A stretch of DNA of 64,000 bases from Isurus oxyrinchus. Lineage: Eukaryota. Location: the NCBI GenBank assembly GCA_026770705.1, contig JANJGN010000056.1, positions 868,001-932,000 of the forward strand, written 5' to 3'. The notes under the pieces are model-generated. The model saw only the letters and a list, made by a program, of their open reading frames with translations, was not told the origin of the DNA and ran no database searches. This document shows, one piece after another, positions 58,958-64,000 of this stretch (position 1 is its first letter; each line of letters starts with the position of its first letter). The translations under genes were made by a program, and so were the position numbers.

Positions 58958-61900
58958 GTAAGAGCCTAAATACAATCAGTGGACGTATAACTGGATATTG
59001 ACTTTGTACTCAAAAGGCGTTTCTGGTAACGTGAAATAATTCGTTTTCTGTTGGAGAGTTATCAAAGATTAGGTGTCACGTTACATGACTTCTTAAGGTT
59101 GCTTTATGTGTCACGCAGCTTTCTACAGTGTTGACCATCTTCATTCTTTGGGGAATTTCTTGAATTTGGGTGGGGTTCTGCAATAATTGTCATAACCAAG
59201 TTCAGACCGTGTTTAAAATTGGAGGTAATTGGAGGTATGGAAATCATTGCAGGGGCAAATTCGCATTCTGCAGAATTCGGTTGCACTTATTGAAAGTGTT
59301 TGCTCACGGTTTTCACCTGTTTTCCAATATCGCAAGCAACAAATTCCCTTTCAAATCACCTAATTTTTCATAGCGATAGTTTTGCAAATCAGTGTGAAAT
59401 GATGATATCTGTAAGCTTGGCTGAAACACAATGCTGTCTGCGCTTAAGACATTCCGATGTCTGACTCACTTGTATATTGATAGACATGAATTTGAACAGC
59501 CTTTGTCCATGACCACATTGATGGATTTACTTAAAGTAAGCGTGATCGTCGATTTGTGCTCGGGAAGCTTCCATTGACAACATGTTGACAATGACCGGAT
59601 TTTTTATTTGGTGATTTTAGCAGAGGTAGAAATATCGGTCAGGACATAACTGGCTATAACAATGTTGTTCCTCGAATAAGTGGAATTGAATCTTCTACAT
59701 TTTCCTCGTCAATCGTGAATCTGTTCTTAAAGGTTCTACTTGCGATAGTGCAGAATTACTTCACTAAGAGATTGGACCATGAGCTGAGAACTTTGTTCTG
59801 AATTTCTGGTGCCGGAAGTAAATCGTTAAACATCTATCTCAGCACGGAGATTTCAACTGACTGAGCCATAAGTGGTCTGATTTTGAAACACCTACGAACC
59901 CCGAATAGTTTCTGGTTCTTATTATTCTGCCCCATTTAGTTTCTCGCCCTCCACTACCTGCTGGTCTAGATGAAACTTCCAAATCTAACTGATTTACAGG
60001 AAGAATTGAATTGAGTTGGTTTAAACGATTTTCGGACTCCCCTGTCTCTTTGTGAATCTCGCATTGCTAAGTGACAAAAGGACATAGATTCATAGGCAAT
60101 GGGAGCAGAAGTTAGAAAGGTGGCCGCTCGCGCTTGCTCCACTATTCAACTATATTATGGCTGTAATCATGCCTTCATGTCATTCCCTTGTACTATCTCA
60201 TATCTCTGGGCGCAGTTAATATTTAGAAATTGGTTCATTGCACTGCCTTCAACATACCCAATGACTGAGCCTCTGCCGCTGTTGCGGGAGATAATGTCAA
60301 ACATTCGCTGCTCTCTGAGTGAAGGAATATCTGCAGTAAATGCACATCTGTTATTTTGAAATTGTTTCTCATGATATTAGACATCCACGCCAGCGAAACA
60401 TCCCTCCATCATAGATAACATCGAACACTGTAAGAATGGTGTATGTTTCAGTGAGATCAATTCTCATTTGGCAAAACTCCAGAGAGCAGAGAGTCAGCCT
60501 CGTCAATGTCTCCACATTGGAAAATCGCAGCTAATTCCCAGTAATCCAAGGAATTCTCTGGTTAATTCTCTGTCGCACAGTGACAACAGCGAACACCAAA
60601 AGGAGAAATTGGAATTCTTGTCCAGCACCACAACCATCACCATAATAATTCCGCATGGAAATTGAGGAGTTGGAGATAGGTTGGGCTTGGAATTCCAAAT
60701 TATGGTTGTGCACATCCCTGCTCCAGCTGATGGCCCAAAGTGTCTGGTGAATGCCCACATTGGTGTTGCTGATCTGCTTGAAATCTACCCGTATCGCACA
60801 ACGGTAGTGTCACACTATACCATGGAGGAACATTCCAACGTGAAGGCCGGCTAAGTCTGCACAAGGAACGTGAGGTGTTCTATCCTATCAATCCTGTAAT
60901 GGGCAGGTGCATATGCTGCTTGAAGGTTGGCGAGGCTAGTTCATTTCGGGCTTTGCACCTTGTTGGTTCCCTGATCACCTGCAAAAGAGCCAGTCTAGCA
61001 GTTATCTGTCGGAGTCAGCCTGATCGGCCATTAGTGGTGCTACCGATCCTGTCTTGGTCATAGACATTGACGTCCTCTGCGTCCAATAGTTTTTGTTTCT
61101 GGCCACTCCCTAAAACTGTGTTTTTTGCCCCACAAGCGTGCATAAGTTAAATGTGAGGAGCAAGAGGTTTAGGAGGAATTTGAGAAAAAGCATTTTTACC
61201 CAGGGAGAGGTGACTGTCTGGAATGCGCTGCCTGGGAGGATGTTGGAGGCGCGTTGCCTCACATCCTTTAAAAAGTGCCGGTATAAGCACTTGGCTTGTC
61301 GTAACATTCATGGCTATGGTCCAAGTGCTTGTCAATGTTATTACATATGTATTTCAGGTGTTTCTCACTTGTCGGTGAAGACTCATTGGGCCAAAGAGAC
61401 TCTTCCGCACTATGATTCTGTGATTCTATGATTCGTCCATGGATGCTCATTCAGTCATGATCTTAGGGGAAGGGGAGGTGGTCAACATAAACGAATATTT
61501 ATTGCCCGTGTTTTACATAATGCCAGGAGGTTTCACATAAGTACCATGTGCTCTTAATGCTCTGGAAAATGGTGCACAGTGAACGGAGGGGCGTGGCAAA
61601 ATGGTATTTAGGAAAGCAAGATTGCAATTGTGCGAAGCCTAAAAAGCCATTTTGATGAAGTTATTTTGCTAAGTTATTGGTTGATGATTGATATGATCTT
61701 AAAATCAGTAAGAATAACTATTCGGTAAAGATAAACAGCTTGAATCATTAAAGCTAAGGACTGGTTGCCAATCAAGCAGCCGGCTTTGCCCTGGATTAGG
61801 TCAATATTGTTGAATGTTATTGAAGCGGAACTCATGCAGAAAACTGCTGTGTTTTCCACTACATTCCTGAATTGTGCATTGTAGATGGAGGGAAGGTTTT

Positions 61901-62395
61901 GGATATTTAGGGGGTGATGTCCTCGTGACAGAATTGTGAGCTTCCGACCTGCCCTTCCTTTCACAGTTTCGAGACGATGGTTTTTGCATCGATGTAAAAA
62001 TCGGGAATTAAACGATGGAAATACCATTAAATGTCTAGGAGAATTGGTTGGATACTCTGTTTTTGTAGGTGGTATATGCCTGTCAGTTGTGTGGTGCTAA
62101 CATGACTTGTCAGTTTTCATCAGAAGCCTGGATATTGCCCAGGACGTGATGCACACGGGCAAGATTCCTTCAGTATCTTTTAAGTTGCGAATGTTGTTGA
62201 ACTTTGAACAATCGTCAGCGGACACTACCCCAACCCCCGTCCCCCACCGCAAACCTTCCTCTGGGAATATGATGCAGAGAAGTCAATTAATGAAGCAGCT
62301 CAGGTTGGTTTGGCTCAGGATATTGCCCATAGGATCTCGTACAGTGATGTCATCGGAATGAGTTGATTCACCTTCAAAACAAAACAAAATATAAA

Positions 62396-62506
62396 TCTCG
62401 AAACGTCAACTCTTCTCTTCTCCGCCGATGCTGACAGATGCGCTCAGTTTTTCCAGCTAATTATGTTTTTGTTTTGTATTTCCAACATCCACAGTTTTTT
62501 GTTTTT
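62396..62506 (+). mobile_element. Penelope 3'-terminal fragment of about 110 bp with a 10-bp TSD
   Basis: ctcgaaacgtcaactc...catccacagttttttgttttt, flanked by aaaatataaa (62386-62395 and 62507-62516). It is absent at the equivalent site in copy 2 (about 45860). Confidence 0.85.
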
Positions 62507-64000
62507 AAAATATAAACCTTCTTTTGTGATACGTATGGCTGCAATCAATGTGTAGGTCCCCCATTATTTTTATTGACCCCAATCCTGATATATCTCCTTG
62601 ACAAAACATTATGTGAAATGTTGTCTTCATGTAAACAGGAGCCGCTCTCCAATCACCTCATGAATTCAGCACTTTTGGCCATGTTTGGTTTAAGGTCGAA
62701 CCGAGAGCTGGAGCTGGTATGAAGCAAAAAATGGTCACCAGTGAGCAGGTTACTTCCGAGTACGTGGCGATTGAAAGCAATGCCCATGACGCATTCCATC
62801 ACTTTGTTCATGATGATCATTAGGCACATTTGGTGGTAATTTGATTGTTTGGATTTGACGTGTTTTGTTTTTGTGGATAGGCCCAGCTATGCAACTGCTC
62901 ACCTTTTCGCGTGCATGCCAGTGTTTTAGCTGTACTATACCAGGTGCTCTAGGAAGGTTTATTCAGGAGCACTAATCTTCCGTACAATTGCTTGTATCCG
63001 ACAGCACCCATAGTCTCTTCATCATGCAGTTCCTTCAGTCATTCCTTCACCTCAAGTGTTGTGAACCACATTGGCTCAAAACTGGCTTCTGTGTTGCTCT
63101 CATCCACAGAAGGGGGCCGGGATGATGCATCCACCAGTCACGTCAGTCTGAATATGGTGGCAAGTTCTTCAACCATGTATATGCACTGATATGCTGTGAT
63201 CCACAATCATTGCCCATGTGTTTATTGGTGTTGTCCGCCACCATTGAGTGATTGAATTTTCCAACAACATTGAAGATGACATGAGCAGAACTTCAGAGCT
63301 AAGTTAACGTTATTTCCTGGTGGGATTAATTAGACCTGTCAATTGCATGCTGCATCCGCTGCTTTGCATGCAAGGTGTCCTGTCTTGTAATTCACCAGGT
63401 CAAAGCCGTGTTGTTAGGTATGATTGCTGCTGCTCCTGATATATGACAGATGTGAACAAAAGGCATCCGTTCGAGCACTTCACATCGGAGGCCTGGAACG
63501 GCAAGAGCTGAAGTTGTCTGGGAATACTATTATTGCAAAATAATTTCCAAGTCACACCATATCCTTACTTGGAGATACATCAGCATTCCCTGACTGCCAG
63601 TGAATCAAATTCCTGTAAACACATCGCTCGAAACACTGTTTGTGCACCCGCATCACATGGACAGCAAGATGAAGAATATGTGATATCGGAAAAAAATACT
63701 AATCTTGCCAATATTCCCACGAAAAGAAAGTGCTGCATAATGCCGAATCTATGGATGTTTTTTTTGTCATTTGATAATGAAAGGACGTCCCTGTGTGTTT
63801 ACTTTGTGATAGTAAACTAAGGTGAACTATAACGTGCATGTTTTAATTCAAATCCTTTGCAATAATCCGCTTATCAACTGAGGACATGTGTCATCATTTC
63901 ACGTCTGAATGCCTACATCTGCAGCCAAAACGATTGGCTGTAATTTTCATCACCAAATCGCACGCCAAACCCTCACCCTCACACTTCCTATCACCACTCG

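Larger units (their letters stand above)
56470..64000 (+). repeat. Segmental duplication unit, copy 3 (runs off the window end)
   Basis: Near-identical blocks to copy 2 from 57992 onward. The upstream part (about 56470-57990) aligns loosely with copy 1 at about 2300-3810. Confidence 0.88.

Overview
Eukaryotic, repeat-rich vertebrate DNA, most likely a cartilaginous fish (shark). This is inferred from the CR1 LINEs, Neptune-type Penelope elements, tRNA/Deu-type SINEs and the GPCR family; the species cannot be fixed from sequence alone. The window holds a tandem array of + strand class A GPCR genes of the chondrichthyan-expanded 'GPR139-like' type, each with two coding exons. Copy 1 (4732-4801 + 17391-18280, 319 aa) has an open frame but a DRF>DGF change. 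Copy 2 (42331-42400 + 51328-52232) has a GC donor and one in-frame TAG. Copy 3 has exon 1 at 58888-58957, with exon 2 beyond the window. A decayed pseudogene of a different subfamily lies at about 55537-56140. The three related copies come from segmental duplications (copy 2 to copy 3 offset about 16.56 kb) and share a TATA-like box, a putative non-coding 5' exon and old intronic LINE fossils. Other notable items are an inverted Penelope insertion (about 1 kb arms) with minimal hammerhead-ribozyme-like motifs in the copy 1 intron, tail-only Penelope and head-only SINE insertions with target-site duplications (TSDs), two degenerate minisatellites, and a low-confidence four-exon minus-strand transcript at 28.2-31.3 kb. 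Most short ORFs in the supplied track are LINE debris or noise. Repeat boundaries are approximate because they were read by eye.
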